Below the pieces are notes generated by a model. The model did no database searches and was not told the DNA's origin. It was given only the letters and a program-made list of their open reading frames with translations. The translations under genes were made by a program, and so were the position numbers. Below, in pieces: positions 46,517-56,797 of a DNA stretch of 64,000 nt. Every line of letters begins with the position of its first letter. Positions within the stretch are counted from its first letter, which is position 1. Source of the stretch: Polyangiales bacterium (GTDB lineage: Bacteria > Myxococcota_A > Polyangia > Polyangiales > JADJQN01); assembly GCA_964202905.1 (NCBI GenBank), contig CAXNJO010000001.1, positions 928,001 through 992,000 on the forward strand, in the 5' to 3' direction.

Positions 46517-47821
46517 GTGTCCGCCGTCCGCCGCCCCACCCTCACTCGTGTGCTCGTCCTCGGTGCGCTCTGGGGCGGTGCGCTCACGGCCACCGTCTTC
46601 TTGTGGCTCGGTCGGCGCGAGGCGGAGGGCCCGCCCACCACGCTCGTCGATGCGCGCGGCACGCCCATCCACACGCCCGACGGGCCACGCGCCGCGCCGC
46701 GGACCTCGCGCGCGTCGCGTGTCGCGACGCCGCCGGCCGCCGAGCCGCGTGGCTTTCGCGGCGATCGCCGCCACACCGGGCGCAGCCCACACCGGGGTCC
46801 CGCGTCGGCGGAGTTGCGCTGGCGCTTCGTCACCGAGAACCCCGACCACCACGACGACCCGGCGATCAGCGCGCAGCCCGTCCTCGCGGCGGACGGCACG
46901 ATCTACGTCGGCGCGCACGATCACTACTTCTACGCGCTCACGCCGGACGGCGCGCTCCGCTGGAAGCGCGATCTCGGCGATCGCGTCTGGGCGACCGCCT
47001 TCGTCGACGACGCGGGGAACGTGTACGTCGGGTCCGACGCGGACTTCCTCTACGCGCTCTCGCCGACCGGCGCGCTCCTCTGGAAGTTGCCGACCGAGGG
47101 CGACGTGGACACCGCGGTCGCGCAGGCGCCCGACGGCACGCTGCGTGTCGCCGCGGGCAGCGATCTCTGGGCGGTGCGGACGAACGGCACCGTGCTCTGG
47201 CGGTTCCGCGCGCGCGCGAAGATCTATGCGGCCCCCGCGATCGACGAGGACGGCACGACCTACGTCAGCGCGCAGGACGACCACGTCTATGCCATCTCGG
47301 AAGATGGTGTGATGCGCTGGTCGTTCCGCGCGGGCAAAGACGTGGATGGAGGCCCGGCGGTCGGCGACGACGGCACCGTGTACGTCGGCGGCGACGATGG
47401 GAAGGTCGTCGCGCTCGACGCGCGGGGGCGTCCGCGGTGGACGACCTCCGTGGGCGGCTACGTGCGCGCGCCCGTCGGGCTCGGCCTCGATGGCAGCGTG
47501 CTCGTCGGCACCTTCGGCCCGCGCCCGCGTATCGTGGCGCTCGACGGCGCGACGGGCGCCGAGCGCTGGTATTTCCCCGTGACGATCGCGGACTCGGCGG
47601 AGGTCGGCATCTCGTCGGCGCCGCTCATCGACCGCGACGGGAACGTGTACTGCGGCGCGCACGACGACTTCCTCTACGCGATCGACGCCGAGGGGCGGCT
47701 CCGCTGGGTGCTCGAGACGGGTGGCGACGTCGACTCGGCGCCCGTGCTCGGTCCGGACGGGACGCTCTACGTCGGCTCCGACGACGGCGTCCTCTACGCG
47801 GTCGGGGGCGGGGCGACCTGA
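46517..47821 (+). CDS. membrane-anchored PQQ-like beta-propeller protein
   Basis: N-terminal TM helix; repeated DGT.YVG..D..LYAL...G...W motifs. Confidence 0.85.
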   Translation: MSAVRRPTLTRVLVLGALWGGALTATVFLWLGRREAEGPPTTLVDARGTPIHTPDGPRAAPRTSRASRVATPPAAEPRGFRGDRRHTGRSPHRGPASAELRWRFVTENPDHHDDPAISAQPVLAADGTIYVGAHDHYFYALTPDGALRWKRDLGDRVWATAFVDDAGNVYVGSDADFLYALSPTGALLWKLPTEGDVDTAVAQAPDGTLRVAAGSDLWAVRTNGTVLWRFRARAKIYAAPAIDEDGTTYVSAQDDHVYAISEDGVMRWSFRAGKDVDGGPAVGDDGTVYVGGDDGKVVALDARGRPRWTTSVGGYVRAPVGLGLDGSVLVGTFGPRPRIVALDGATGAERWYFPVTIADSAEVGISSAPLIDRDGNVYCGAHDDFLYAIDAEGRLRWVLETGGDVDSAPVLGPDGTLYVGSDDGVLYAVGGGAT

Positions 47822-47844
47822 CGGCGCGCCCCGCGTGCGGCTTC

Positions 47845-47873
47845 TTGCTCGGCCGCGGGCCGGTTCCTATAAT
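47845..47873 (+). promoter_or_regulatory. sigma70 promoter
   Basis: TTGCTC-17 bp-TATAAT; a perfect -10 in a very GC-rich background, 23 nt before ATG 47897. Confidence 0.65.
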
Positions 47874-47896
47874 CAGCGCTCGCTCTCGGGAGACTC

Positions 47897-48781
47897 ATGC
47901 GCGTGCGCCTCGGCTTAGTCCTCATCGCCTCGGCGCTCCTCGGCGCGGGCTGCAGTTCCACGGGCGAGGACCCGACGGCCGCCTCGTTCGCGGCGCGTGC
48001 GGGCTCGCTCGGCATCCTGCAGGTCGAGCAGTCGGGCGCGGGGAGTATCTCGGCGGATGCGCCGCCGGCCCAGCTCGGGGCGGCTTTCGCGCGGTATCAG
48101 GGCCTCTCGGGCGATGCGGTGGTCGGGCTGCTCGGCGGACGTCCGGCGGGTGGCCTCGACGCGTGCGGCGCGGCGGGGACGGCGCCAGAGACGCTCGGCG
48201 CGGCCGACGCGAGCGTCGAGCTCCTCGACGTCGGTGTGATCTCCGTCCGCGTGCGCGACGCGGAGGCGCGGCTCGTCCCGCGGACGTTCCCCGAGCTCGC
48301 GCGGGTGGCTGCGGGCTTCTTCTATGCGGGCGACGCGGCGCTCGGCACGGTGCGCGCCGATCTCGACGTCTACACGTTCCGCGCCGAGGGCAGCGCGGAG
48401 CTGCCGGGCTTCGAGGTGGCGGTGCCCGCGCCCGGCGAGCTGCTCGAGGTGCGCGTCGATGGCGTCCCCGTGCACGAGGGCGCCGAGGCAGCGGGCGCCC
48501 TCATCACGCGCGACCACGACCTCGAGCTCGCTTGGGAGGGGCTCGACCCGCGCGACCAGGTGGAGATCGAGCTCGTGTCCGAGGGCGCTTCGGTGATCTG
48601 CCGCGCCCGTGACGACGGGGGATTCCGCGTGCCGGCCGCGGCGCTCGCACCGCTCGCCGCGGATGCGGGGGCGCGCCTCGTGATGCGCCGCGTGCGCGTG
48701 CAGCCCTTCGACGCCGCAGGCGTCGACGCCGCCTACGTTCGCGTGGCCTCGACACGTGTGTTCGACGCGATCGTGCGCTGA
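47897..48781 (+). CDS. hypothetical lipoprotein
   Basis: Lipobox GAGC; beta-rich mature region (ICRARDDGGFRVP). Confidence 0.72.
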   Translation: MRVRLGLVLIASALLGAGCSSTGEDPTAASFAARAGSLGILQVEQSGAGSISADAPPAQLGAAFARYQGLSGDAVVGLLGGRPAGGLDACGAAGTAPETLGAADASVELLDVGVISVRVRDAEARLVPRTFPELARVAAGFFYAGDAALGTVRADLDVYTFRAEGSAELPGFEVAVPAPGELLEVRVDGVPVHEGAEAAGALITRDHDLELAWEGLDPRDQVEIELVSEGASVICRARDDGGFRVPAAALAPLAADAGARLVMRRVRVQPFDAAGVDAAYVRVASTRVFDAIVR

Positions 48782-48783
48782 GA

Positions 48784-48918
48784 CGCGCTGCGCCGCGTGC
48801 GCTCAGCCCGGCGCGCTGCGCCGCGTGCGCTCAGCCCGGCGCGCTGCGCCGCGTGCGCTCAGCCCGGCGCGCTGCGCCGCGTGCGCTCAGCCCGGCGCGC
48901 TGCGCCGCGTGCGCTCAG
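48784..48918. repeat. tandem repeat (minisatellite), 28-bp unit x 4.8
   Basis: CGCGCTGCGCCGCGTGCGCTCAGCCCGG in 4 perfect copies plus 23 nt, with no spacers, between convergent stops. Confidence 0.95.
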
Positions 48919-48960
48919 TGCTGTGCGTCGCGTCCGATCACTCCCGCTCCCCGCGCCCGG

Positions 48961-50643
48961 TCACTTCTTCTTCGAGCCGAAGAGCCCTTTGAAGATCTCG
49001 CCGAGGTCGCGTTGCGCGAGCGGTTTTGGCGGCTCCGGGGCCGCGGGCAGCGCTGACGCGTCGCCGGATGCCGGGGATGCATTCTTCGGCTGACCGTGCT
49101 TCTTGATGCGCATCTCAGCGAGCCGGACCTCGCGCTGCGCATCGACGTTCTTCGGGTTGAGCTCGATGGCGCGGCGGAAGGCTTTCACCGCGTCGGCCTC
49201 GCGGCCGAGGCGGCGCAGGATCGCGCCGCGGTAGAAGTGCGCGCGGTCGTGCTTGTCGTGGAGTTTCAGCGCGTGGTCGACGAGCGCGAGCATCTCGTCG
49301 AGGGGGGCGCCTTCGTCCGGGTTCCGCTCGAAGAGGACCCACGCGACGAGCGCGTGGTAGTCGGCTTGGCCCGGGTCCAGCTGCAAGGCCAGGCGCGCGT
49401 GGCGCTCCGCAGCGGCGAGGTCGCTCCTGCGGAGCACTTCGGCCTTCTGGAACTCGACCGTCGCCTCGATCGTCTGCTCGAGCTTGCGCTGCGCGGCCGG
49501 GGTCCCGCCGCCCTCGCGCGCGATCTGCGCGTATTGGGCGCGCCGCGCGTCATCCGTCAGCATCTCGTGGGCCTCGGTGAGGAGGCCGAAGAGCCGCTGC
49601 GCGTCCGGCAGGAGCGGCGCGAGCGGGGGCGGAAGGCGGTCCGGGTGCACCTGCTTGATCAGCTCGAAGTAGGCGTCGCGCACGGCACCTGCCGTCGCTT
49701 GCGGGTCGACTCCGAGCATCTCGAAGTAGGTCTGCTCGTCGAGTTTCGTCAGGCGGTTGACGAGGTCGCCCCAGAGCGTGCGGTGCTCCGGGGAGAGGTC
49801 GTCGGGCGCGGCCGGGGGGGGCGCGCTCAACGATCGCGCGCTCTTCGGCGTGAGGGGGGCGCCGGGCAGCGAGGCGACCGCGGGGGGCAGGCTCACGGCC
49901 GCGCCCGCACGCTCGGGTCTGGTCGATGTCTCCGCCGCGGGCGAGGTGCGACTGCGCGCGTCGGCGCTCGCCTGGGCGACGGCCTGCGAGATCTGCGCCC
50001 CGCTCCGCTCGCCCGTCCGCGGTGCCGTGCTCGCCGTGAGCCGCGTGACGTCGAAGATCTCGATCATCTTCGTGATCGTGAGCAGGTACAGCAGCTTCCG
50101 TGCGGGGCGCGGCTCGAGGCCGCTCTGTTCGATCAGCGTGACCGTCGAGGCCGGGCCCGCGAGCAGGACGTCGACGATCACTTGCTCGCGCGGGAGCAGC
50201 TCGAGCACGCGGATGTCGGCGCCCGCGCGGAGCCGCAACGACGCGCCGATCAGCCGGCCCAGCACGGCCTCGACGAGCTCGTCTCGCACCGGGCCGCGCG
50301 TCGAGGCGGCGACCAGCGCGAGGTCGGAGACGGTCGCGGGCTGCACGAGCTCGCCGTCGCCCACGTAGTCGGCGTCGGGGTAGAAGATGAACGGACCGTC
50401 GACGCGCTGAAAGAGCGGCAGCAGGCCGCGCTCGAGCGTGGACGAGCCCTCCACGATCCGGCCCGTCTTGCGTACGCCGCCCGCGAAAAAAAGCCGGTCC
50501 GCGAGATCGCGCGTGTCGCCGAGCACGACCGGGTCGTCGCTCGTCCCCGCGGGCCACATAGCGAGCGTGCCGCTCAGCCCGTGCTCCCGGATGTAGAGGA
50601 TGAGGTGCGCGAAAGGCGTCCGCGCGAGGTTCCCCGTGATCAC
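48961..50643 (-). CDS. DnaJ (J-domain) + TPR protein
   Basis: TYFEMLGV...AYFELIKQVHPDR (HPD motif) followed by TPR repeats (AVKAFRRAIELNPKNVDA); N-terminal GNLARTPF domain. Confidence 0.85.
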   Translation of the reverse strand: MITGNLARTPFAHLILYIREHGLSGTLAMWPAGTSDDPVVLGDTRDLADRLFFAGGVRKTGRIVEGSSTLERGLLPLFQRVDGPFIFYPDADYVGDGELVQPATVSDLALVAASTRGPVRDELVEAVLGRLIGASLRLRAGADIRVLELLPREQVIVDVLLAGPASTVTLIEQSGLEPRPARKLLYLLTITKMIEIFDVTRLTASTAPRTGERSGAQISQAVAQASADARSRTSPAAETSTRPERAGAAVSLPPAVASLPGAPLTPKSARSLSAPPPAAPDDLSPEHRTLWGDLVNRLTKLDEQTYFEMLGVDPQATAGAVRDAYFELIKQVHPDRLPPPLAPLLPDAQRLFGLLTEAHEMLTDDARRAQYAQIAREGGGTPAAQRKLEQTIEATVEFQKAEVLRRSDLAAAERHARLALQLDPGQADYHALVAWVLFERNPDEGAPLDEMLALVDHALKLHDKHDRAHFYRGAILRRLGREADAVKAFRRAIELNPKNVDAQREVRLAEMRIKKHGQPKNASPASGDASALPAAPEPPKPLAQRDLGEIFKGLFGSKKK

Positions 50644-50710
50644 GGGGTGGAGTGTCGCACGCCCACGTCGCGCCCGGGAAGGGTGCAATCTGCCGCAGCG
50701 CGCGACCGGC

Positions 50711-52204
50711 TCACGGGATGCGCCAGCTCGTCGCGCCCGTGCCGTCCATCAGCTCGACGCCGAGCTCGGTCAGCTCGTCACGGAGCCCGTCCGCGCGGGC
50801 GAAATCCTTCGCGGCGCGCGCGTCCAGGCGCGCCTGGATCTTCGCCTCGACGTCCTGCTCCGAGAGGCCGCGCTTCGCGGCGCGGCGGGCCCGCAGCCGC
50901 AGCTGGAACGCGCGGGGCTCCTCGCCCGCGACGCCGAGGAGCGCCGCGACGTGCGCGAGGGCGCGCTCGGCCGCCTGCACCGCGGCGCGCGGGGCGGTGC
51001 CCTTCTTGCGGAGGGCGCGGTCGACCAGCTCGTTGACGGTCCGCGCGACCTCGAGCACGCGCGCGGCCGCGACGGCGAAGTTGAGGTCGTCGTCGAGCGC
51101 CGCGGCGAGCGCCTCGCGGAAACCGGTGAGCTCCGGCGGGACGTCGCCGCCCTCGACGAGGCGCTCCGCGGGGATCGCCGCGAGCCGCTCGCGCGTCGCG
51201 TAGAGGTACTCGACGCGACGCTCGCACTCCTCGAGCTGAGGAAAGCCCGTCGTCTTGCCCGCTTCGTCCATCGTCCACTCGAGCGCGAGCGGAGAGCGGT
51301 ACTGCGTCGAGAGCACGAACCAGCGCGCGGCCTCGGGCTCCACGAACGCGGTGATGTCGCGCAGCGTGAAGAAGTTGCCGAGGCTCTTCGACATCTTCTC
51401 CTTGTTGACCTCGATGAAGCCGTGGTGAATCCAGTGCGCCGCGTAGGGCTTGCCCGTCGCGGCCTCGCTCTGCGCGATCTCGTTCTCGTGGTGGGGGAAG
51501 ACGAGATCGAGGCCGCCCGCGTGCAGGTCGAACGTCTCGCCGAGGTGCTTCATCGCCATCGCGGAGCACTCGATGTGCCAGCCCGGCACGCCATGGCCCC
51601 ACGGGCTCTCCCAGCCCTGCTCGCCCGGCTCGGCCCGCTTCCACAGCGCGAAGTCTGCGGGGTGCTCCTTGCGGGCCTCCTCCTCGCTCGAGGTGCGGCC
51701 GCTCGCGCCCATCGTGAGGTCCCCGACCTTGCGGTGCGAGAGCTTGCCGTACTCGGGGAAGGACGCGACGCGGAAGTAGACGTCGCCCTCGACCGCGTAG
51801 GCCTTGCCCTTCGCGACGAGGTCCGCGATGAGCGCGCGGATCTCGGGGATGTGCTCCGTGACGTGCGGCTCGACGTCGGGCGCGCGGACGCCGAGGCGCG
51901 CGTAGTCTTCCTGCCAGACGGCCTCGATGCGGCGCGCGTAGGCGAGCGGGTCCTCGCCGTGCGCCTTGGCCTTCGCGAGGATGCTGTCGTTCACGTCGGT
52001 GACGTTGCGGACGAAGGTCACGCGGTAGCCGCGGTCGCGCAGGTGCCGCACGAGCACGTCGTAGATGCAGTACGCGCGCACATGACCGAGGTGCATCGTG
52101 TCCTGCACGGTCGGACCGCAGACGTAGAGGCGCGCGTGGCCCGGCTCGGCGGTCTGGAAGACGCGGCGCTCGCCGGTGAGCGTGTCGTGGAGCAGTAGCG
52201 GCAT
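50711..52204 (-). CDS. cysS: cysteine--tRNA ligase
   Basis: LYVCGPTV, HLGH, DFALWK, PGWHIECSAM, DLVFPHHENE, KMSKSLGN and ADGLRDEL. Confidence 0.97.
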   Translation of the reverse strand: MPLLLHDTLTGERRVFQTAEPGHARLYVCGPTVQDTMHLGHVRAYCIYDVLVRHLRDRGYRVTFVRNVTDVNDSILAKAKAHGEDPLAYARRIEAVWQEDYARLGVRAPDVEPHVTEHIPEIRALIADLVAKGKAYAVEGDVYFRVASFPEYGKLSHRKVGDLTMGASGRTSSEEEARKEHPADFALWKRAEPGEQGWESPWGHGVPGWHIECSAMAMKHLGETFDLHAGGLDLVFPHHENEIAQSEAATGKPYAAHWIHHGFIEVNKEKMSKSLGNFFTLRDITAFVEPEAARWFVLSTQYRSPLALEWTMDEAGKTTGFPQLEECERRVEYLYATRERLAAIPAERLVEGGDVPPELTGFREALAAALDDDLNFAVAAARVLEVARTVNELVDRALRKKGTAPRAAVQAAERALAHVAALLGVAGEEPRAFQLRLRARRAAKRGLSEQDVEAKIQARLDARAAKDFARADGLRDELTELGVELMDGTGATSWRIP

Positions 52205-52277
52205 GGCGGCCGCGATCTAGCACGAAAGCCTCGCCCGGCGCGGTGTGCCGCGCGGCGCGCGCGTGGGTGCGCGTGCC

Positions 52278-53027
52278 TCAGAAGCTGACGTGGAGCGTCG
52301 CGCCGAGCCCCGCGGGCGCGATGGTGAGGCGCGGGCCCGGCGGCCGCGCGCGCGCGCTGCTCTCGTCCGCGTCCGCGCAGCGCGTCTCGTCGGCGTGTTG
52401 GGCGCGGTATGCGGCCCAGAGGTCGCGTGTGGCGGTGGGCCCCGTGAGGATCTTCGTGAGCCCGACGGAGAAGCTCACGCTCAGGTTGATGAGCGCGCGC
52501 GGCAACAGATCGAAGCCGAGCCACAGCGTGAGCAGTCCGCCCGCGGCGACGCCCCAGCCGAGCGCGTGATTGCGCAGATTGCGCGCGTTGGATTCGCCGT
52601 CGCTCGCGCGTTGGACCTCGGCCTCGACCGCGCGCAGGCGCGCGTTGCCGGTGAGCAGCTCGTGCTCGCGCAGGCGCGCGGGGAGCCGATCGGTGCGCGC
52701 TTTCGTGATGATCATCCCGCCGGCGCCGAGCGTCGCGCCGATCGCGCCGACGGTCATCGGCCAGCGGTTCTCGCGCGCATCGACGACGAGCGCGATCGTG
52801 CCCTGCGCGATCGCGGCGGCCGTGAAGATCCCGAGCCAGCCCCACCACCAGAGCCGCGCATAGGGTGCACCGGCCTCCGCGTCGGCCTGCAAGCGCAGCG
52901 CGCGCGCGTGCGCTTCGCCTTCCGAGAGCGTGACGCAGCGCCGTGTCGCGTCCTGCGCGAGGGCCGCCGGCGCGATGCGCGCGGCACACAGCGAGAGGAC
53001 GACCGCGAGCGACGTGGCACGGAGCAT
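52278..53027 (-). CDS. hypothetical secreted/membrane protein
   Basis: Signal peptide ALA|Q; several hydrophobic helices; C-terminal strand GATLHVSF. Confidence 0.65.
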   Translation of the reverse strand: MLRATSLAVVLSLCAARIAPAALAQDATRRCVTLSEGEAHARALRLQADAEAGAPYARLWWWGWLGIFTAAAIAQGTIALVVDARENRWPMTVGAIGATLGAGGMIITKARTDRLPARLREHELLTGNARLRAVEAEVQRASDGESNARNLRNHALGWGVAAGGLLTLWLGFDLLPRALINLSVSFSVGLTKILTGPTATRDLWAAYRAQHADETRCADADESSARARPPGPRLTIAPAGLGATLHVSF

Positions 53028-53072
53028 GAGGGACGCGAGGGTATACTGCGCCCCCCGCCCCCGGAGGACTTC

Positions 53073-55682
53073 GTGACGCTCTTCGCCTGCTCCGCCCCGC
53101 GCCGCGCCCCGCGGATGTCGGCGCTCTCCGCGCTCGCGCTCGTCGCCCTCGCGGCGTGCGGCGACGACGCGCCACCGCTGTCCGTCGATGCCGGACCGCC
53201 CGACATGCCGCGCATGCTGCCGCCCTTCTGCGCGCCGCCCCCGCCCCCGCCCGAGGCGCTGCGTCGCGCCGACGATCCCGCGCTCTTCGTCGGTGGTCGC
53301 GCGCGCGCACCGCTCGGCGCCGAGATCGCGCTCGGCGGCTTCCCCGTGCAGGTCGTCGCGCACCCGCGGCTGCCCGTCGCCTACGTCGCGAACACCGGCT
53401 ACCGCAAGCGCGCGGTGCAGGTCGTCGACGCCGCGACGGGCGCGCTCGTGCAGGAGCTCACGCGGGACGAGGCCTTCTACGGCCTCGCGCTGAGCGCGGA
53501 CGGCGCGCAGCTCTACGCCTCGGCGGGCCACGGCGCGCAGGTCGAGCGCTACGATGTCGACGCCGCCGCGGGCACGCTGACCGCGCGCGGCGCGGTCGCG
53601 ATCGACGGCTATCCGGCGGGGCTCGCGCTCTCGCCCGACGGCGCGACGCTCTGGGTCGCGCAGTTCCGCGGGGAGGGCGTCGCCGAGGTCGACACCGCCA
53701 CGATGACCGTGCGCGCGTCGATCCCGACGCCCTCGCCCGACACCGCGTACCACTTGCTGCACTTGCCCGCGCGCGGCGAACTCTACGCGACTGCGTATCG
53801 CAGCACGAACCTCCTCGTGCTCGATCTCGCGACGCGCGCCGTGGTCGCCACCATCCCAGTCGGTGGCAACCCGAGCGAGGCCGTGCTCGCGCCGGATGGC
53901 CGCGTGCTCGTCAGCGTCGCCGACGGCGAGTCCGTCCTCGCGATCGATCCCGCGACGCGCACGGTGACGACGCGCGCGCAGGTGAACGCGGGCGACGCCG
54001 CGCAGCGCGACGAGGACGGCACGACGCCGCTGCCCGGGGCGAGCCCGACGGGCCTCGCCATCGATGCGCCGCGCGGGCGTCTCTACGTCGCGCGCTCCGC
54101 CGACAACGCGATCGGCGTGCTCGACCTCGCGACGCTCGCGCCCGCAGGCGCGCTGCCGACGGGCTGGTACCCGACGGACGTCGCGCTCGCCGGCGACGGC
54201 GCGCGGCTCGTCGTCGTGAACGGCAAGGGGTTCGGCAGCGGGCCGCTGCTCGCGTACGGCCTCGGCGACGAGGGCGGCAAGGAGTCGATGAACGGCTCCG
54301 TGCAGATCGTCGCGCTCGAGGGGCTCGATCTCGCGGCCGCGACCGCGACCGTCGCGGACAGCATCGCGCGGCCCGGGCAGGTCTACCCGTTCGACTGCGC
54401 TGGGACATATCCTGTCCCACCTGTCCGCGGCGGTCCGACGCCGATCGAGCACGTCGTGCTGATCGTGCGGGAGAACAAGACGTACGACTCGGTCCTCGGC
54501 GATCTCGAAGAGGGCGACGGCGACCCCTCGCTCACGCTCTACGGCGAGGACGTCACGCCGAACCTGCACGCGCTCGCGCGGCGCTTCGCGAACCACGACA
54601 ACTTCTACGCCGACATCGAGACGAGCGTGCAGGGGCACCTCTTCCTCACGCACGGTTTCGTGAACGACTACATCGAGCGCACGTGGTTCGAGGACTATCG
54701 CTACCGTCCCGGTTTCGGGCGCGACGCGGCCGAGCCGCAGGGCGTGCCCGACATGGGCAGCTTCTTCGAGCACCTCGTCGCGCACGGCGTGCCCTTCGCG
54801 GTGTTCGGCGAGATCGTCGGCGCGATGGGCAGCGCGGGCGGTGTGCCCGTCACGGACTTCGTCGACACGCGCTTCCCGGGGATCTTCTACAACACCGGCA
54901 TCCCCGACGAGCGCAAGGCGCGTTACGTCGCGCGGCAGCTCGCATCGGGCGGTCTGCCCCGCTTCGTCTACGTGCTGCTGCCCAACGATCACACCGGCGG
55001 CAGCGGCCCCGACGACCTGTCGCCGGAGTCGATGATCAACGACAACGACTACGCGACGGGCCTGCTCGTCGAGGCGATCAGCCAGCTCCCGGAGTGGGAG
55101 CGCACGGCCATCTTCATCACGCAGGACGACACGCAGATCGGCGCCGATCACGTCGACTACCACCGCACCGTGCTCGTGGTCGCGAGCCCGTGGGCGCGGC
55201 GCGGCACCTCGCGCGTGAACACGTCGTTCGCGTCGCTCTTCGCGACCTTCGAGCGGATCCTCGATCTGCCGCCGATGAACCGGATCGACGCGAACGCGAC
55301 GCCTCTCTACGACTCGTTCACGACGACGCCGAACGACGCGCCCTACGAGGCGGTGCCGCGCACGCTGCCCGACCGCACGAACGCCGGGGGCACGCCGGCG
55401 TCGCTGCCGTGGCCGCCGCGGCCGAACGCGTCGTACGGCCCCGATCGCGACCCGGACCTCGGCCGCAGGCTCTGGGAAGCGCGCCGCGGCACGCCCTTCC
55501 CGGGGCGGCTCGCGGAGGGACGCTGGCCTGCAGCCGGCCGCGACGATCGCGCGGACATCGACGAGGACGGGGACGTCGAGGACGCCACCGAAGAGGCCGC
55601 GGAGCGCGACGCGCACGACGCCGCGTGGGACGCCTTCCTTCGGTACGTCGACGCGCACCCGGAGCGGCTGCGGCCGTTCTGA
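53073..55682 (+). CDS. bifunctional YncE beta-propeller / phosphoesterase (alkaline-phosphatase superfamily) lipoprotein
   Basis: GTG after GGAGG; lipobox LAAC-GDD; YVTN-like blades (LPTGWYPTDVAL); IEHVVLIVRENKTYDSVLGD, TPNLHALA, LPNDHT and DHVDYHR. Confidence 0.88.
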   Translation: MTLFACSAPRRAPRMSALSALALVALAACGDDAPPLSVDAGPPDMPRMLPPFCAPPPPPPEALRRADDPALFVGGRARAPLGAEIALGGFPVQVVAHPRLPVAYVANTGYRKRAVQVVDAATGALVQELTRDEAFYGLALSADGAQLYASAGHGAQVERYDVDAAAGTLTARGAVAIDGYPAGLALSPDGATLWVAQFRGEGVAEVDTATMTVRASIPTPSPDTAYHLLHLPARGELYATAYRSTNLLVLDLATRAVVATIPVGGNPSEAVLAPDGRVLVSVADGESVLAIDPATRTVTTRAQVNAGDAAQRDEDGTTPLPGASPTGLAIDAPRGRLYVARSADNAIGVLDLATLAPAGALPTGWYPTDVALAGDGARLVVVNGKGFGSGPLLAYGLGDEGGKESMNGSVQIVALEGLDLAAATATVADSIARPGQVYPFDCAGTYPVPPVRGGPTPIEHVVLIVRENKTYDSVLGDLEEGDGDPSLTLYGEDVTPNLHALARRFANHDNFYADIETSVQGHLFLTHGFVNDYIERTWFEDYRYRPGFGRDAAEPQGVPDMGSFFEHLVAHGVPFAVFGEIVGAMGSAGGVPVTDFVDTRFPGIFYNTGIPDERKARYVARQLASGGLPRFVYVLLPNDHTGGSGPDDLSPESMINDNDYATGLLVEAISQLPEWERTAIFITQDDTQIGADHVDYHRTVLVVASPWARRGTSRVNTSFASLFATFERILDLPPMNRIDANATPLYDSFTTTPNDAPYEAVPRTLPDRTNAGGTPASLPWPPRPNASYGPDRDPDLGRRLWEARRGTPFPGRLAEGRWPAAGRDDRADIDEDGDVEDATEEAAERDAHDAAWDAFLRYVDAHPERLRPF

Positions 55683-55731
55683 GCATGCCCGCGCGAGACG
55701 CGTGCCGGACATCGGTGGTACTCCGTCGCCC

Positions 55732-56743
55732 ATGAGCGCGCGCACCGCCTTCGTCACCGGCGCCACCGGTTTCCTCGGCCTGCACATGGTCGAGCAGCTG
55801 CTCGCGCGCGGGCTTCCGCGTCGTCGCGTTGCATCGGGCGACGAGCGATCTGCGCTTTCTGTCGCGCTTCACGGCGAATCCCGCGCTCACGCTTGCGGTC
55901 GGCGACATCACCGACCCGGAGTCGCTCGCGCGCGCCATCCCGGAGGGCTGCGACGGCGTCTTTCACGTCGCGGGGAACACGAGCTTCTGGCGCGGCGGCG
56001 ACGCGCGGCAGACGCGCGAGAACGTCGACGGCACGCGGCACGTGGTCGAGGCCGCCATCGCCCGCGGTGCGAAGCGGCTCGCGCTCACCTCGAGCTGCTC
56101 CGCGTGGGGATACCAGCCCGTGCTGCCCTTCGACGAGACGGCGCTGCAGAACGGCGGCACCTCGGAGGTGAACTACGAGCGCACGAAGTATCTCGGGGAG
56201 GTCGAGGCGCGCGCCGGGATCGCGCGCGGGCTCGACGCGGTGATCCTCAACCCCACCAAGATCCTCGGCAAGTACGACCGCACGAGCTGGGGGCGCCTCA
56301 TCCTCGCGGTCGACGCGGGCAAGCTGCCGGGCGTGCCGCCGGGGAAGGCGTCGTTCTGCTGTGCGGTCGAGGTCGCGAAGGCGCACATCGCCGCGCTCGA
56401 CCGCGGGCGCAGCGGCGAGAACTACCTGCTCGGCGGCACCGACGCGACCTTCGTCGAGTTCGCGCGGATCGCGGGCGCGCTCACCGGCCGGCGCACGCCG
56501 CGCTTCGGCACGCCGCTCGCGCTGATGTGGCCCGCGGCGATCGCGCTCGACCTCGCATCGCGCGTCACGAAGCGCGCGCCCGACCTCACCCCGCAGAGCG
56601 TCCGCTCGCTCGGGCACTCGCCGCTCGTCCGCAGCGAGAAGGCGATGCGCGACCTCGGCTACCGCGCGGTGCCGCTCGAGGTGATGGTGCGCAACTGCCA
56701 TGCGTGGCTGGTCGCGGAGGGCCTGCTCACGCCGCGCGACTGA
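55732..56743 (+). CDS. NAD-dependent epimerase/dehydratase (frameshift ~55810)
   Basis: FVTGATGFLG in the first frame; GDITD, VFHVAG, NVDGT, YERTK and GRSGENYLLGG in the second. Confidence 0.88.
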
Positions 56744-56797
56744 ATGACGGTTCAGCGCCCCGGGGCCGCGCGCGGCTGCGTGCTACAGATCGCCCCG

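Noticed and set aside
48784..48918. CRISPR array (28-bp repeats)
   Set aside because: The repeats are contiguous with no unique spacers, and there are no cas genes or AT-rich leader.
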